Shown here: piece by piece, positions 38,670-47,880 of the stretch
How the letters are laid out: every line of letters begins with the position of its first letter
Position numbering within the stretch: the first letter of the stretch is position 1
DNA from: a virus
Taxonomy: Duplodnaviria; Caudoviricetes
Length of the DNA: 59,907 bases
Strand: one strand, 5' to 3'
Virus record (IMG/VR): IMGVR_UViG_3300003086_000042
Coordinates: 1-59,907 of that record
Notes under the pieces: generated by a model
What the model was told of the DNA's origin: nothing
What the model saw: the letters and a program-made list of their open reading frames with translations, nothing else
The model's database searches: none
Program-made: the position numbers and the translations under genes

Positions 38670-39005
38670 TTAGTAGGATTCTATATATCTATGTAATCCA
38701 ATGTTGTAGTCCCAATACTCTCCGTAGTACTCGATATCGGTATCTTCTTCCCCTAACATAATAATGCCAAAGGTATCGTTTCTTAGAAAGGCTGTTTCCT
38801 CTGGTTCTTCGGGTTCTTCTCGTAAAGCTATTTTATCTAAAAACCACTCTATAGCCTCATAAGTACGTTTACTCCAATTGAATCTGTACGTAATCATAGT
38901 ATCATCTTTATGTACTTCTGAAATATACTCTTTCCAATTCCCCCAGTTTACTTCTCCATAGGTTACTTTGTCTACTACTACTACTGCTTGATATTCATAT
39001 CCCAT
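38670..39005 (-). CDS. Hypothetical acidic protein
   Basis: RBS GGAGG before MGYEYQ. Confidence 0.6.
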   Translation of the reverse strand: MGYEYQAVVVVDKVTYGEVNWGNWKEYISEVHKDDTMITYRFNWSKRTYEAIEWFLDKIALREEPEEPEETAFLRNDTFGIIMLGEEDTDIEYYGEYWDYNIGLHRYIESY

Positions 39006-39297
39006 TCTATTTCCTCCCAAAATATTATAATAAGGTGATGACAACCTATAACTCCATCCCATAAGTGACCCGTTATAAGTTGCCATCGGCTAGCGTTCGG
39101 GTTTCGATGTTAAAGGGCAACCCAGGCTTCAAATCCCAAACCCTTACTCACTAATATTTTGAGACTCAAGGTGGCACAGTCTAATCATACTGATATTTAT
39201 CCTGCTACCTCGAGTTAGAGCATGCAGCATCTGAAGTACACCGAAAATGGTGTTCTTAGAATTTGGTTTTTTTGAAAATTCTCAATTTCTAAAAGAT

Positions 39298-39326
39298 ATT
39301 ATCCCATAATTTAACCAGAATGTCAA
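39298..39326 (-). promoter_or_regulatory. sigma70 promoter (identical to 44224-44252)
   Basis: TTGACA-17-GATAAT. Confidence 0.8.
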
Positions 39327-39429
39327 GTTTTATTTTTAGTTAACCTTAACTTAAATTCAAATAACTCTATTATAAAATTATTAAGAAAAAATATGTATGG
39401 TACTAATATACCCTTAACTTATTTTCCAC

Positions 39430-39759
39430 TTAACTTATTTCAAAGTTGAAGTTGAAAAATACGTACCCGTTAGTTACCTTGGTAGTTATGTCACTATCTT
39501 TGTAGTCTAATAAGGTTGTATTCTCTCTTATTTCTTTCTCCATATTTTCTAATGATATGGTTAATTCTTCCTCAATAAAAATTAGACTCTGTGCTTGTAC
39601 TCCATCCCAGAACCAAGTCTCGTACACACAGTCCAAGTCATTTAATGCTGCCTCTATTCTATGTATAATTCTAGTATCTTCCTCAACTGGGATATCATCC
39701 CATTTACTGCTTATTACCTGCTTAATGTTAGCAGTATTATTAGTTTCATTATGATTCAC
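39430..39759 (-). CDS. Hypothetical protein
   Basis: GTG after GAGG; coding strand. Confidence 0.5.
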   Translation of the reverse strand: MNHNETNNTANIKQVISSKWDDIPVEEDTRIIHRIEAALNDLDCVYETWFWDGVQAQSLIFIEEELTISLENMEKEIRENTTLLDYKDSDITTKVTNGYVFFNFNFEIS

Positions 39760-39967
39760 TCTTACCTCTCTTATATAGTCTGTCATCGAATAGATGTGTC
39801 TGTGCACCCCACCCAAAATGTTCTCCTCTTAGTACGGACATAAACCCTTTAATAAATTCTGGTGGCCATCTGGTAAGTCCATCTGGTCTACCTACAACAT
39901 CCCTTTTAAAATCAAAAATACAGCCCTCTAAGGCTGCGTTTACTCCATGCCAGTACTCAGTAGTCAT
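39749..39967 (-). CDS. Hypothetical protein
   Basis: Coupled ORF chain. Confidence 0.5.
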   Translation of the reverse strand: MTTEYWHGVNAALEGCIFDFKRDVVGRPDGLTRWPPEFIKGFMSVLRGEHFGWGAQTHLFDDRLYKRGKSES

Positions 39968-40088
39968 TTTTTATAGTATTCCTTTACATAGTATCTATAC
40001 ATACAAATACTTAGTATAACAAGAGAAGCAGCTATCCAAGCTATAGCAAAGCTTAATAATACTTCATCCATCATATCTGTTACCCCTG

Positions 40089-40295
40089 TTAACATACCTG
40101 TACTCCCTGTAATACCCATGTCGAGGTATTACCTTGGTATACTACTGTATCATCATTAACGTGTAGTACCCAGTCATTGTTATTGATATAAGAACCGTCT
40201 ACTATCTTAAAGTCTTTACCAGTATCCCAATCCTTCTTAGCACTAACAATACTATCGTATGTTCTGCCATACGCTCCTACTACATTAATTGTCAC
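40089..40295 (-). CDS. Hypothetical protein
   Basis: AYGR.Y.....AKKDW..GKDF motif common in phages. Confidence 0.6.
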   Translation of the reverse strand: MTINVVGAYGRTYDSIVSAKKDWDTGKDFKIVDGSYINNNDWVLHVNDDTVVYQGNTSTWVLQGVQVC

Positions 40296-40465
40296 AGCCC
40301 TACCTCGCTAAGTGCGTTACTCATATCAACTAAGGTTGAACGCTCATCAGAACCCATTTCAAATCTTTCGATAGAATCTTCGATAATATCCATTAACAAC
40401 TCTAGCTCAGTAATTCTATCAATCTTGATAATTACTGGAGCAAAAAACTCTCTAGTTACTTCCAT
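40292..40465 (-). CDS. Hypothetical protein
   Basis: RBS GGAGG before MEVTRE. Confidence 0.5.
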   Translation of the reverse strand: MEVTREFFAPVIIKIDRITELELLMDIIEDSIERFEMGSDERSTLVDMSNALSEVGL

Positions 40466-40733
40466 TTTTCCTCCTATTCTCATGTTTCTCCTTTTCGTAC
40501 AATCCATTAGTTTGTGTAAAGGTTTCAAATAACGCATCAAACTTTCTATTATAAATTTGTTGCATACCTAATAAGATATTAACTATCTCATCATTGTCCA
40601 TTTCAGGCCCATCCATAATTTGAACCCAAAGAAAGTTAATATCATCAACTACCTTCCAGCAATCCATAATGGCATCATACTCATCATCTGTTGTTCTGTT
40701 TACCTTTTCATACCATTTACTGTTTAAAAACAC
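40452..40733 (-). CDS. Hypothetical protein (paralogue of 43205..43402)
   Basis: DCW.VVDD..FLWV...DG..M..D shared. Confidence 0.65.
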   Translation of the reverse strand: MFLNSKWYEKVNRTTDDEYDAIMDCWKVVDDINFLWVQIMDGPEMDNDEIVNILLGMQQIYNRKFDALFETFTQTNGLYEKEKHENRRKNGSN

Positions 40734-40960
40734 TTATTAACTCCCTTTAAGTCACTATTGAGGCTTTTTATTGTATCTAAAATCTGTTCTTCGGAATACT
40801 CTTTCCATCTCTCTAATAGACCAGTTGCCTCTTCCTTGGTTAGATACTGAGTATCCCTACTATTGGGAAACCATCCTTCCATTTCTTTATCGTAATATAG
40901 AGTGCCTAAGTAATATCCTGCCGCGCTCTTTAATACTTGTAAGTTGCCGTGTTCGTTCAT
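40724..40960 (-). CDS. Hypothetical protein
   Basis: LQVLKSAAGYYLGT...P.SRD..Y motif common in phages. Confidence 0.65.
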   Translation of the reverse strand: MNEHGNLQVLKSAAGYYLGTLYYDKEMEGWFPNSRDTQYLTKEEATGLLERWKEYSEEQILDTIKSLNSDLKGVNKCF

Positions 40961-41670
40961 AATACCATCGGAAGGGTAAAATTTACAAAAACGATAACAC
41001 CAATAATTAATTCTTCCATTCTACATCACTCCCATGTCTTATCTTTCTGTTGAATACTCTTTTGATAAACTTACCTGTCCCTGCCTTCCAGTTATGAACT
41101 GTATGCCATTTCTTTGAGGTCCAGTCTTTAACTATGTCCTTCGATTTAGTAGTCATTTATTTCCCCTAAAGTCTTTCAGTATCTGTTTGATTATTTCTAG
41201 TTTCTCTTCTAGCAATTTAACATCTATGCGTAGTCTTTCTACTTCACTATGTGACCAGTATCCCTTACTATGCTTCATATTAAATAGCTCCTCCACCTTC
41301 ATAAAAATCCCACAGCCAATCTTCATAGTCTGTTTCTCTATCAGCTCCCTCTAAATAGTATATCTCATACAATTCATCTGCGAATAGTTCGCACCAAGCC
41401 CCAAACTCTGTATCTTTTATTTTATGTATTATGACGTCAATCACTTACTCCACCGTTCTCTCATAATACTGTTTATAATAGAATGGTTGCGAGCCGCTTT
41501 ACTGAACTCTCCATTCTTGATTAGAGTTTTTAAACTATCCTTTACCTTCTTTTTCATCTTTACTATAACCATTTGCTTTATTCCTAAAATCTGTTAATAT
41601 TTTTATAGCTGCCTCTAGCATCTCCAATGTGTCTACACACCCCTGTTGATACGCTTCCTCTATCTTTTTA

Positions 41671-41910
41671 TTATTCCCCATCATAACTCTTTCCAATCAT
41701 TTCTGGATATATTTCAGGGCGAGCCGTTTCTAGCGTAGCTATACGTTGCTCCAACCGGAGTAACTTCTCATTCATTTTTCTCTCACTTAATATAACTTTA
41801 GTTTCTATTGTTCTGACGTGTTTAATCATTCTGTCAAAATCCTCTAAAACCATATTAGCGAATCGTCTTAGTTTTTCTTTATTACTTACCCAGAGCATAC
41901 TAATATACAC
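41671..41910 (-). CDS. Hypothetical coiled-coil protein
   Basis: Coding-strand ORF. Confidence 0.45.
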   Translation of the reverse strand: MYISMLWVSNKEKLRRFANMVLEDFDRMIKHVRTIETKVILSERKMNEKLLRLEQRIATLETARPEIYPEMIGKSYDGE

Positions 41911-42149
41911 TCCGATGTAGGTACGAAGCCATCTGCACCAATGTAACTAACCATTTCCTCACTGCCTCTGACTAAGGATACAGGAACCTCTGTTATAAAA
42001 TCCCATACGGTACTAGCACTTATAGTACAAATGTTTTCACTGCCTAACTCATCAACTACATAGTTTCCTATACAGTTACTAATGTCTTGGTCGGCTAATG
42101 CCCATTTCAAGAACTCCTTTCTTTCTACTAATAATGGTGATAATAACAT
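41886..42149 (-). CDS. Hypothetical protein
   Basis: RBS AGGAGGAG. Confidence 0.55.
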   Translation of the reverse strand: MLLSPLLVERKEFLKWALADQDISNCIGNYVVDELGSENICTISASTVWDFITEVPVSLVRGSEEMVSYIGADGFVPTSECILVCSG

Positions 42150-42162
42150 CTTCTCCTCCTAG

Positions 42163-42345
42163 TTAAATAACAAATCCCATACCACGGATTCTAGCCTTCC
42201 AAGGACCACCCTTTACTTGCTCATCAAGTTGAAGTTTAATCCATTTCTGAGTGATTACTTTATCACCCTCTTTCACAGTAGGATTGATTTTTATTGAATT
42301 ATAAATCAGTTCCAACTGTTCCTTCGTTAAGTTAGTCAGTACCAT
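42163..42345 (-). CDS. Hypothetical protein
   Basis: Coding-strand ORF, start uncertain. Confidence 0.45.
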   Translation of the reverse strand: MVLTNLTKEQLELIYNSIKINPTVKEGDKVITQKWIKLQLDEQVKGGPWKARIRGMGFVI

Positions 42346-42543
42346 TACATGAATACCGTGTAAGCCATATAGCCATACAATGCTACTATTACCCAACTAA
42401 GCCCTATTAATGTGTTCACTAATATATTCATTACCATTCTCCCATCGCTATTCTCCAAAAACTTTATTATCTTCCTCTTCCCATTGCCATTCCTAACATA
42501 AAGAATAGTCCTAGAAATAGACCAAAAACAAAAAACTCATTCA

Positions 42544-42744
42544 TTATACGCTCCTATATCCTAATTCTTTCATAAAAGATAAAACTCTCGTTGGAATATC
42601 ATACTGACCTTCATAGTCGTAGATTTCTTTATTAGCGTTAAACCATAGTTTAATTCCAGCATCCTCTCCATACTCATCGTGCTCGAAGTAAACGCTATCA
42701 TCTTGCCAATAGACTTCATAACCTTTCAACTTTTCCTTTGTCAT
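42544..42744 (-). CDS. Hypothetical protein
   Basis: RBS AAGGA; first gene after promoter. Confidence 0.6.
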   Translation of the reverse strand: MTKEKLKGYEVYWQDDSVYFEHDEYGEDAGIKLWFNANKEIYDYEGQYDIPTRVLSFMKELGYRSV

Positions 42745-42775
42745 ATTTTCCTTAAATTCTCTATTTTAAAAAGAT

Positions 42776-42804
42776 ATTATACTATTAATTAAGCAAATTG
42801 TCAA
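42776..42804 (-). promoter_or_regulatory. sigma70 promoter
   Basis: TTGACA-17-TATAAT. Confidence 0.85.
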
Positions 42805-42830
42805 GAGTTATTGTTAAGATTGGTTTAACA

Positions 42831-43205
42831 TTATCTAATCATTGCGCCTAGTCCAGAGTCAGTGATAGCAAATCTCAATTTGCCACAGCTTGGATAACTT
42901 TCAGCTGTCTTGTACCCTATCTTAAAGTCTTTGTCATCTTCCACAGTTCTAAAATTAACACTGTGTAGTTTAATGGCTTTATTCAGATAATCCTGTCCTC
43001 GTCCTGTTAGTCCAGCACAATACTGTGAATAGTATACTGCTGCACCTAATGCCATCAATACTATCTCTTTATTTTGCATAGCATCTTCGATATTAAACTG
43101 ATGCTGACTTACTGGATGTTGTATGTTATGCGTAGCATTTACTGATGTAAACGCCATAGCTCCCGTTACTGCTAATGCAGCTATTGTTCCTACTGTTGTC
43201 TTCAT
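42831..43205 (-). CDS. Secreted hypothetical protein
   Basis: Signal peptide; RBS AGGAGGAG. Confidence 0.65.
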   Translation of the reverse strand: MKTTVGTIAALAVTGAMAFTSVNATHNIQHPVSQHQFNIEDAMQNKEIVLMALGAAVYYSQYCAGLTGRGQDYLNKAIKLHSVNFRTVEDDKDFKIGYKTAESYPSCGKLRFAITDSGLGAMIR

Positions 43206-43402
43206 TACTCTCCTCCTTTCCTTTTATTTAATCTATGTAGTTCTTCAAACTTTTTAGTGTACATGGTTTCCATACCTGACAGAATAGTTACTACGTCATC
43301 TGTGGACATACTATCTCCATCTAACATATGTACCCATAGAAACTTTAAGTCATCTACCACGTGCCAACAATCTTCGATGGCTACTTCTACTTCAAGCGAC
43401 AT
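43205..43402 (-). CDS. Hypothetical protein (paralogue of 40452..40733)
   Basis: Shared DCWxVVDD motif; RBS GAGGAG. Confidence 0.65.
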   Translation of the reverse strand: MSLEVEVAIEDCWHVVDDLKFLWVHMLDGDSMSTDDVVTILSGMETMYTKKFEELHRLNKRKGGE

Positions 43403-43571
43403 TAAAATCTCTCCTCAAATTCGTTTACATCTTTCATTACTACGTCCATATTAGTTTGTGCATCTATATACCTAATGTGTGCTGATGCTACATCGATCCT
43501 AGACAGTAATACTTCTATTGTTGCTTTGTTAGCAGCAATTTGGTTCTCTAACTTCTTTTTCTCTAAATTCA

Positions 43572-43796
43572 TTAAATATGCTCCTGTAGTTCTTCTAAAG
43601 TATCCTCTATACTAGCTATTCTTCTTTCTAGTACCTTATCGTTCTTGTACAAGTTATCAGTGTTTTTAATCACGTATTTTCTTATTTGTTGTACCAGTTC
43701 TTCTAATACTATAACCCTACTCTGTAATTCAATTAACACTCTGTTAGCTTCAGATGCAGACATTTGTTCTAATTCTTTGGCTTCTACGTATTTCAT
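43572..43796 (-). CDS. Hypothetical coiled-coil protein
   Basis: RBS AAGGAG. Confidence 0.55.
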   Translation of the reverse strand: MKYVEAKELEQMSASEANRVLIELQSRVIVLEELVQQIRKYVIKNTDNLYKNDKVLERRIASIEDTLEELQEHI

Positions 43797-43805
43797 ATTA
43801 TCTCC

Positions 43806-44042
43806 TTACCAAGGTAAATCATCGGCATCTCTTTTCTTAGCCTGCCTTGGTACATTGGTTCCAGGAACAGTAAACTGTTCTAACTTCTTCTTTTTCTCTT
43901 CACGTTTCATTAGAGCATCTTCTAAAGTCATCTCCTTAGCCTTAGCTAGGGATATTCTATATTTTGCGTCCGCTTTAAACCAAGCTGTTTGTGCTATTAG
44001 GTTCTCTTTCTGTGCTATCATTAGCTCTTCTTCTAAAGTCAT
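43806..44042 (-). CDS. Hypothetical protein
   Basis: Ends DDLPW like the helicase tail. Confidence 0.55.
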   Translation of the reverse strand: MTLEEELMIAQKENLIAQTAWFKADAKYRISLAKAKEMTLEDALMKREEKKKKLEQFTVPGTNVPRQAKKRDADDLPW

Positions 44043-44223
44043 ACTAATGACACCCAGCTACATTTTGCTCTGTCACAACATATTCTATCTGTTCTGCTAA
44101 GTTTAGTTCAGCCTCATCTGCTATCAATTTTATGTGTCTACCTCTTTGTTTCTCTGTTTCAATCTTTGCTAACAGTAATTCTCTTCTTAAATCTTCCACT
44201 GATTTCTCCATTTCAAAAAGATT

Positions 44224-44252
44224 ATTATCCCATAATTTAACCAGAATGTCAA
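44224..44252 (-). promoter_or_regulatory. sigma70 promoter
   Basis: TTGACA-17-GATAAT. Confidence 0.8.
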
Positions 44253-44343
44253 GAAATAAATTAAGCTTAACTAAATGAATTTTTTTCTCGTTACACTAAC
44301 TTGACCAGCTAACAAATTTCATCTCACCTAGGGAAAATAGTTC

Positions 44344-44372
44344 TTGCATTTTTGTTAAAAGTAGTGTATAAT
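44344..44372 (+). promoter_or_regulatory. Orphan plus-strand sigma70 promoter
   Basis: TTGCAT-17-TATAAT with A-rich upstream sequence. Confidence 0.7.
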
Positions 44373-44760
44373 ATATAGTGTAATTTGAAACAACTAATTG
44401 ATTCCAATGAACTAGAAGTGTCTTGTATGAAAAACATAAGGCATTTCGGAACCATAGCGTTGTTGGAACAAAAGGAAACAGTACGCCCAACAGGTTCCGG
44501 ATATGACTTATGACTAATTTTTCAATAGACACGTCAGTTTTCCTTAACTTAAAGCCTAAATTCACGTCTAAAATAAGGCTCATACATATTTCCTGATTTT
44601 AAGACTAAAAAGCTGGACAATAACACTGTCGGAACAGCTAAAATATTCTTTCAAAGTGGTTATCGCTAAAGTAAGATGACAAGTCTTACTTAATTTGTTT
44701 CCCACTGTACACCAATTTCCATAATTTGTACCCATTCTGTTACTTCCCTCGTTTTAACTT

Positions 44761-44800
44761 GTTATTCGTGTGTTAAGCTCGTTATGCGTGTGTTAAGCTC
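44761..44800. repeat. 20-bp tandem repeat x2
   Basis: GTTAT(T/G)CGTGTGTTAAGCTC. Confidence 0.85.
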
Positions 44801-44858
44801 GCGCAATTGGATATTTCATATCCCTATTCGCGCAACTAAACAAACTGTTATCTACCTG

Positions 44859-45191
44859 TTATAACTGTTTTATAGTATCTAATAACTCTTTCAAAGCACC
44901 TTTACTTGATTTCTCTAGCCCTGAGAAAGCCGGTGTATCACCTAACATATCAATTACTGCTTCCTTAATTTTATTAATTATCTCAGTCTTGGTCTCAGGC
45001 TTATCTCCTGTTTTAGATATGTACTCTTCCTTCCTGTATACACCTTCCCTAGCTAGCTTACCTACTATCGATTTCGCAGATTTACCTAATGTTTTAGCTA
45101 GGTAGTTGACCGTAGTCATATTAGGGTCGCTAATATACTCATCTACTATTAACTTGGTCTGTTCTGGTGTATAGTTTATTTCTCGTGGCAT
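44859..45191 (-). CDS. A2-like DNA-binding protein, paralogue 1
   Basis: NYT.EQ...Y...P...TV..LA...GKS.KSI..KLAREGVY.K....KTG. Confidence 0.75.
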   Translation of the reverse strand: MPREINYTPEQTKLIVDEYISDPNMTTVNYLAKTLGKSAKSIVGKLAREGVYRKEEYISKTGDKPETKTEIINKIKEAVIDMLGDTPAFSGLEKSSKGALKELLDTIKQL

Positions 45192-45213
45192 AATTTCTCC
45201 TATGTAAAACTAT

Positions 45214-45242
45214 ATTATACACCACTTAACCAATTTTGTCAA
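45214..45242 (-). promoter_or_regulatory. sigma70 promoter
   Basis: TTGACA-17-TATAAT. Confidence 0.85.
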
Positions 45243-45263
45243 GTTGTATTTACGACCGTGCAC

Positions 45264-45291
45264 AAAAAAGCCTCAAACTAATGAGGCTTTT
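45264..45291 (-). terminator. Intrinsic terminator
   Basis: AAAAGCCTCA-TTAGTT-TGAGGCTTTTTT. Confidence 0.85.
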
Positions 45292-45411
45292 GAACCAATT
45301 GGGGTGTTACCCCTCGTTGTTCAGGCTGGCTAAAAGGTCAAGTACACTAAAGTTAACCAAAAGGCAATATTTAGTATAAAAACCATACCTTTCTCAACTA
45401 CTTTTAGCACA

Positions 45412-45555
45412 TTATTTCATTGACCCGTTAAGGCAACGCTTAGAATTAGGTTTACGTTTACAACGCTTAGCTCCGTGACTAAGTCTTTTCTTACTAATCT
45501 TATTGCCGTTGTTATCCTTTTTAAATGTCACAAATGGTATAGTGTCTTTGCTCAT
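45412..45555 (-). CDS. 47-aa basic protein (below ORF-track cut-off)
   Basis: MSKDTIPFVTFKKDNNGNKISKKRLSHGAKRCKRKPNSKRCLNGSMK; ATGA coupling and AAGGAG RBS. Confidence 0.55.
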   Translation of the reverse strand: MSKDTIPFVTFKKDNNGNKISKKRLSHGAKRCKRKPNSKRCLNGSMK

Positions 45556-45893
45556 TTTCTCTCCTTTAATTCGTATTGGTTGTTCAAATCTCTTAGTAAG
45601 TCTACCATTGCTTCTAGGTCTGCCTTAGAAGCGTTCTCAAAACTCTTAAATTGGTTATCTCTAGCATTCATCATAATTCTAATAACATTTACTAAGGCTG
45701 CTTTTTTAACAGCTATTGGTTTTGATGATGCTTTCTTCACTTTTTGATAAACTCCTTCTGTAGCCAACTTAGAAATGATTGACCTAACTGATTTTCCCAT
45801 ACCTGATGCTAACTTCTCTACTGTTGCCTTAGTTGGTGTTTCACCATATGTTACTACCAACTCTTTTACTTGTTCTTTTGTATAATTTACCAT
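45552..45893 (-). CDS. A2-like DNA-binding protein, paralogue 2
   Basis: NYTKEQ, GKSVRSIISKLATEGVYQK, ASKADL. Confidence 0.75.
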   Translation of the reverse strand: MVNYTKEQVKELVVTYGETPTKATVEKLASGMGKSVRSIISKLATEGVYQKVKKASSKPIAVKKAALVNVIRIMMNARDNQFKSFENASKADLEAMVDLLRDLNNQYELKERK

Positions 45894-45943
45894 ATTTTAC
45901 TTACCTCCTTAATATTCCATAAATTTTCTCTTTTTCAGAATAT

Positions 45944-45972
45944 ATTATACTGAATTTTCAACTAAATGTCAA
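45944..45972 (-). promoter_or_regulatory. sigma70 promoter
   Basis: TTGACA-17-TATAAT. Confidence 0.85.
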
Positions 45973-46229
45973 GTCTTATTTTAGTAAATGTACCAAATAA
46001 CCAAAGCCCAAAGGGTTGCTAATATAAAACCACATATAAATGCTTGTACTGTTGGTTCATGCTTAACCACGGTTTGACTCGTCTAGAATTGCTGTTAGTT
46101 GTCTGTTTAACTTGTTGAATTTAAACTCCCACTTTCTGCTTTCTAGACGTTTTTCCTCATACTTTTCTTCCCAGTCAACTCTTGGGTTAACTCTAAATAG
46201 TTTTTGTACGTTAGCTTTCCATTCTTTCA

Positions 46230-46607
46230 TTAGTTATCTCCTGTATAGTATAATTCGTTTAAATCTATGTTACGAGCAAAGAATGATTCCATCTTAGCAC
46301 CTAGTACAAAGTCTACTAAATCCTCATCAACTGCTTTAGCAACATTAGGGCTATTCCATATTGCCATTGCTACATCTTCACCTTGGTAATTTCTAAACTG
46401 CCCCCAGTTATCACCAGTGGCTAACTCTAGTTTTAATTGTAGCTCATTTAACTTATCTGAACCTTCTTCTTCGAAGTCTCCTCTGTTAACTTCATAGTCA
46501 ACACTTCCTGACTCTTGCTCAATAGCTCCAAATTGTAGCCCAGCATCTGTTGGCTGACAAGCAAATCCAAACTTACCCTCAATATCTCCATAGTAATATC
46601 TTCCCAT
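46230..46607 (-). CDS. Hypothetical protein
   Basis: MGRYY.GDIEGKF.F..Q motif common in phages; RBS GAGGAG. Confidence 0.7.
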   Translation of the reverse strand: MGRYYYGDIEGKFGFACQPTDAGLQFGAIEQESGSVDYEVNRGDFEEEGSDKLNELQLKLELATGDNWGQFRNYQGEDVAMAIWNSPNVAKAVDEDLVDFVLGAKMESFFARNIDLNELYYTGDN

Positions 46608-46727
46608 CTTAAACTCCTCTTCTTTGTTTGTTATATTCCGTTTCCTTAGGTTCGAACTTATGTTGTATTACGATTGCTCCTACTACAAATATTAACCACC
46701 CTACTACTATTGTTGCTACTATTCCCA

Positions 46728-46907
46728 TTATACTCCTTCAAATTCAACATTAGACACTAATAAAACCTCTCTGTTTGCGTATAGTCTTTTTGCTAATTCA
46801 AAGGCATCTTCCTCTGTTTTAGCAATAACATACTCAGTACTAGAGAAGGTATGCTCCGGTTTTAGAACTACTTTATATACTTTTTTATTTTCTTTTTCAA
46901 TTTTCAT
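46728..46907 (-). CDS. Hypothetical protein
   Basis: ATG right after promoter. Confidence 0.5.
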   Translation of the reverse strand: MKIEKENKKVYKVVLKPEHTFSSTEYVIAKTEEDAFELAKRLYANREVLLVSNVEFEGV

Positions 46908-46914
46908 AATGTAT

Positions 46915-46943
46915 ATTATACTGAAAAATAACCGGATTGTCAA
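46915..46943 (-). promoter_or_regulatory. sigma70 promoter
   Basis: TTGACA-17-TATAAT. Confidence 0.85.
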
Positions 46944-47202
46944 GACATTTTTTAAGAAAGAGGTAAAATAAAGCAGAAAACATACTTTAACTCCGGGGGT
47001 TGCACCCGTAACTGGCCGGTGTTATTCCCATTTGGTCCCAATTTCGGCAAATTGTCGTCGCTAAAGCACTATATCGTCGCTTTACTACTGTTTTCCCCGC
47101 TTTTCGCCAAATTGCTCATTATTGAGCTTGACTGGGCGAAATTGGGGCAAGTTGGGCCAATTTGGTGAATATTCTAAAAACTTTTTAACTTTCATATAAT
47201 TG

Positions 47203-47231
47203 TTGACAATTTGCTCAACTTCATGTATAAT
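47203..47231 (+). promoter_or_regulatory. ORF-less plus-strand promoter
   Basis: TTGACA-17-TATAAT. Confidence 0.8.
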
Positions 47232-47339
47232 ATATATTATAATCGGGAATCTGTCTGGCCGGACGGCGCCCACAACAAAAATAGTCGTCGGTCTACTACT
47301 TGTCGGTCGGCGCTTAAGCGCTGCTTTTCTGTGGGCGAT

Positions 47340-47359
47340 AAAAAACCCCTTGCGGGGTT
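47340..47359. terminator. Terminator, probably bidirectional
   Basis: AAAAAACCCC-TTGC-GGGGTT. Confidence 0.8.
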
Positions 47360-47364
47360 AATTA

Positions 47365-47685
47365 TTAGCCTAGAGCCTTAACTAACGTTTGTAGGTCTTG
47401 CTTCGTAGCCTTGGCTAATGACTCTACCGAGTCAACGCCCACCTTTTCAGCAATTTGAGCAACTAATTGCGCTTTAGTAATTACAGCCTCACCTGTCTTA
47501 GTCACACGCTTCTCAGCTTCGTACACACCTTCACGAGATAGCTTAGCAATAATAGAGCGTGTTGTCTTGCCGAACTTCTCAGCAATGGTTGCCACCACCA
47601 TTTTGTTATCTCCTTCCTTAGCCTCGTAGATAGCGATCATTTCAGCAGTTTGGTCATCAGTGTAGTTTTTTGTCTTGTCAGTCAT
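47365..47685 (-). CDS. A2-like DNA-binding protein, paralogue 3
   Basis: KNYTDDQ, GKTTRSIIAKLSREGVY, TKTG, SLAKATKQDL. Confidence 0.78.
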   Translation of the reverse strand: MTDKTKNYTDDQTAEMIAIYEAKEGDNKMVVATIAEKFGKTTRSIIAKLSREGVYEAEKRVTKTGEAVITKAQLVAQIAEKVGVDSVESLAKATKQDLQTLVKALG

Positions 47686-47754
47686 TTATTTCTCCTATGG
47701 GTTATTTTTATGGTTATTTCTTCTTTTCTTTTCTTTCTCAATCTTTATATGTAT

Positions 47755-47783
47755 ATTATACTGAAAATTGGGCAAATTGTCAA
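47755..47783 (-). promoter_or_regulatory. sigma70 promoter
   Basis: TTGACA-17-TATAAT. Confidence 0.85.
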
Positions 47784-47841
47784 GACATTTTTTAAAGAAA
47801 TGCTTAATTAAACTAAATTCAACCTAATCCACAAATAACAC

Positions 47842-47876
47842 TTGACAAAATCGTCCGCACACTGTATAATCGGCGC
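47842..47876 (+). promoter_or_regulatory. ORF-less promoter with GC-rich discriminator
   Basis: TTGACA-17-TATAAT-CGGCGC. Confidence 0.8.
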
Positions 47877-47880
47877 CTTC

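Noticed and set aside
44296-44583. 95-aa minus-strand ORF
   Set aside because: It spans a promoter region, has a weak RBS and a non-protein-like composition
47826-47834. TAATCCACA and TGTGGGTAT as DnaA boxes
   Set aside because: Only mismatched copies; kept as part of the cassette motif, not called as DnaA sites
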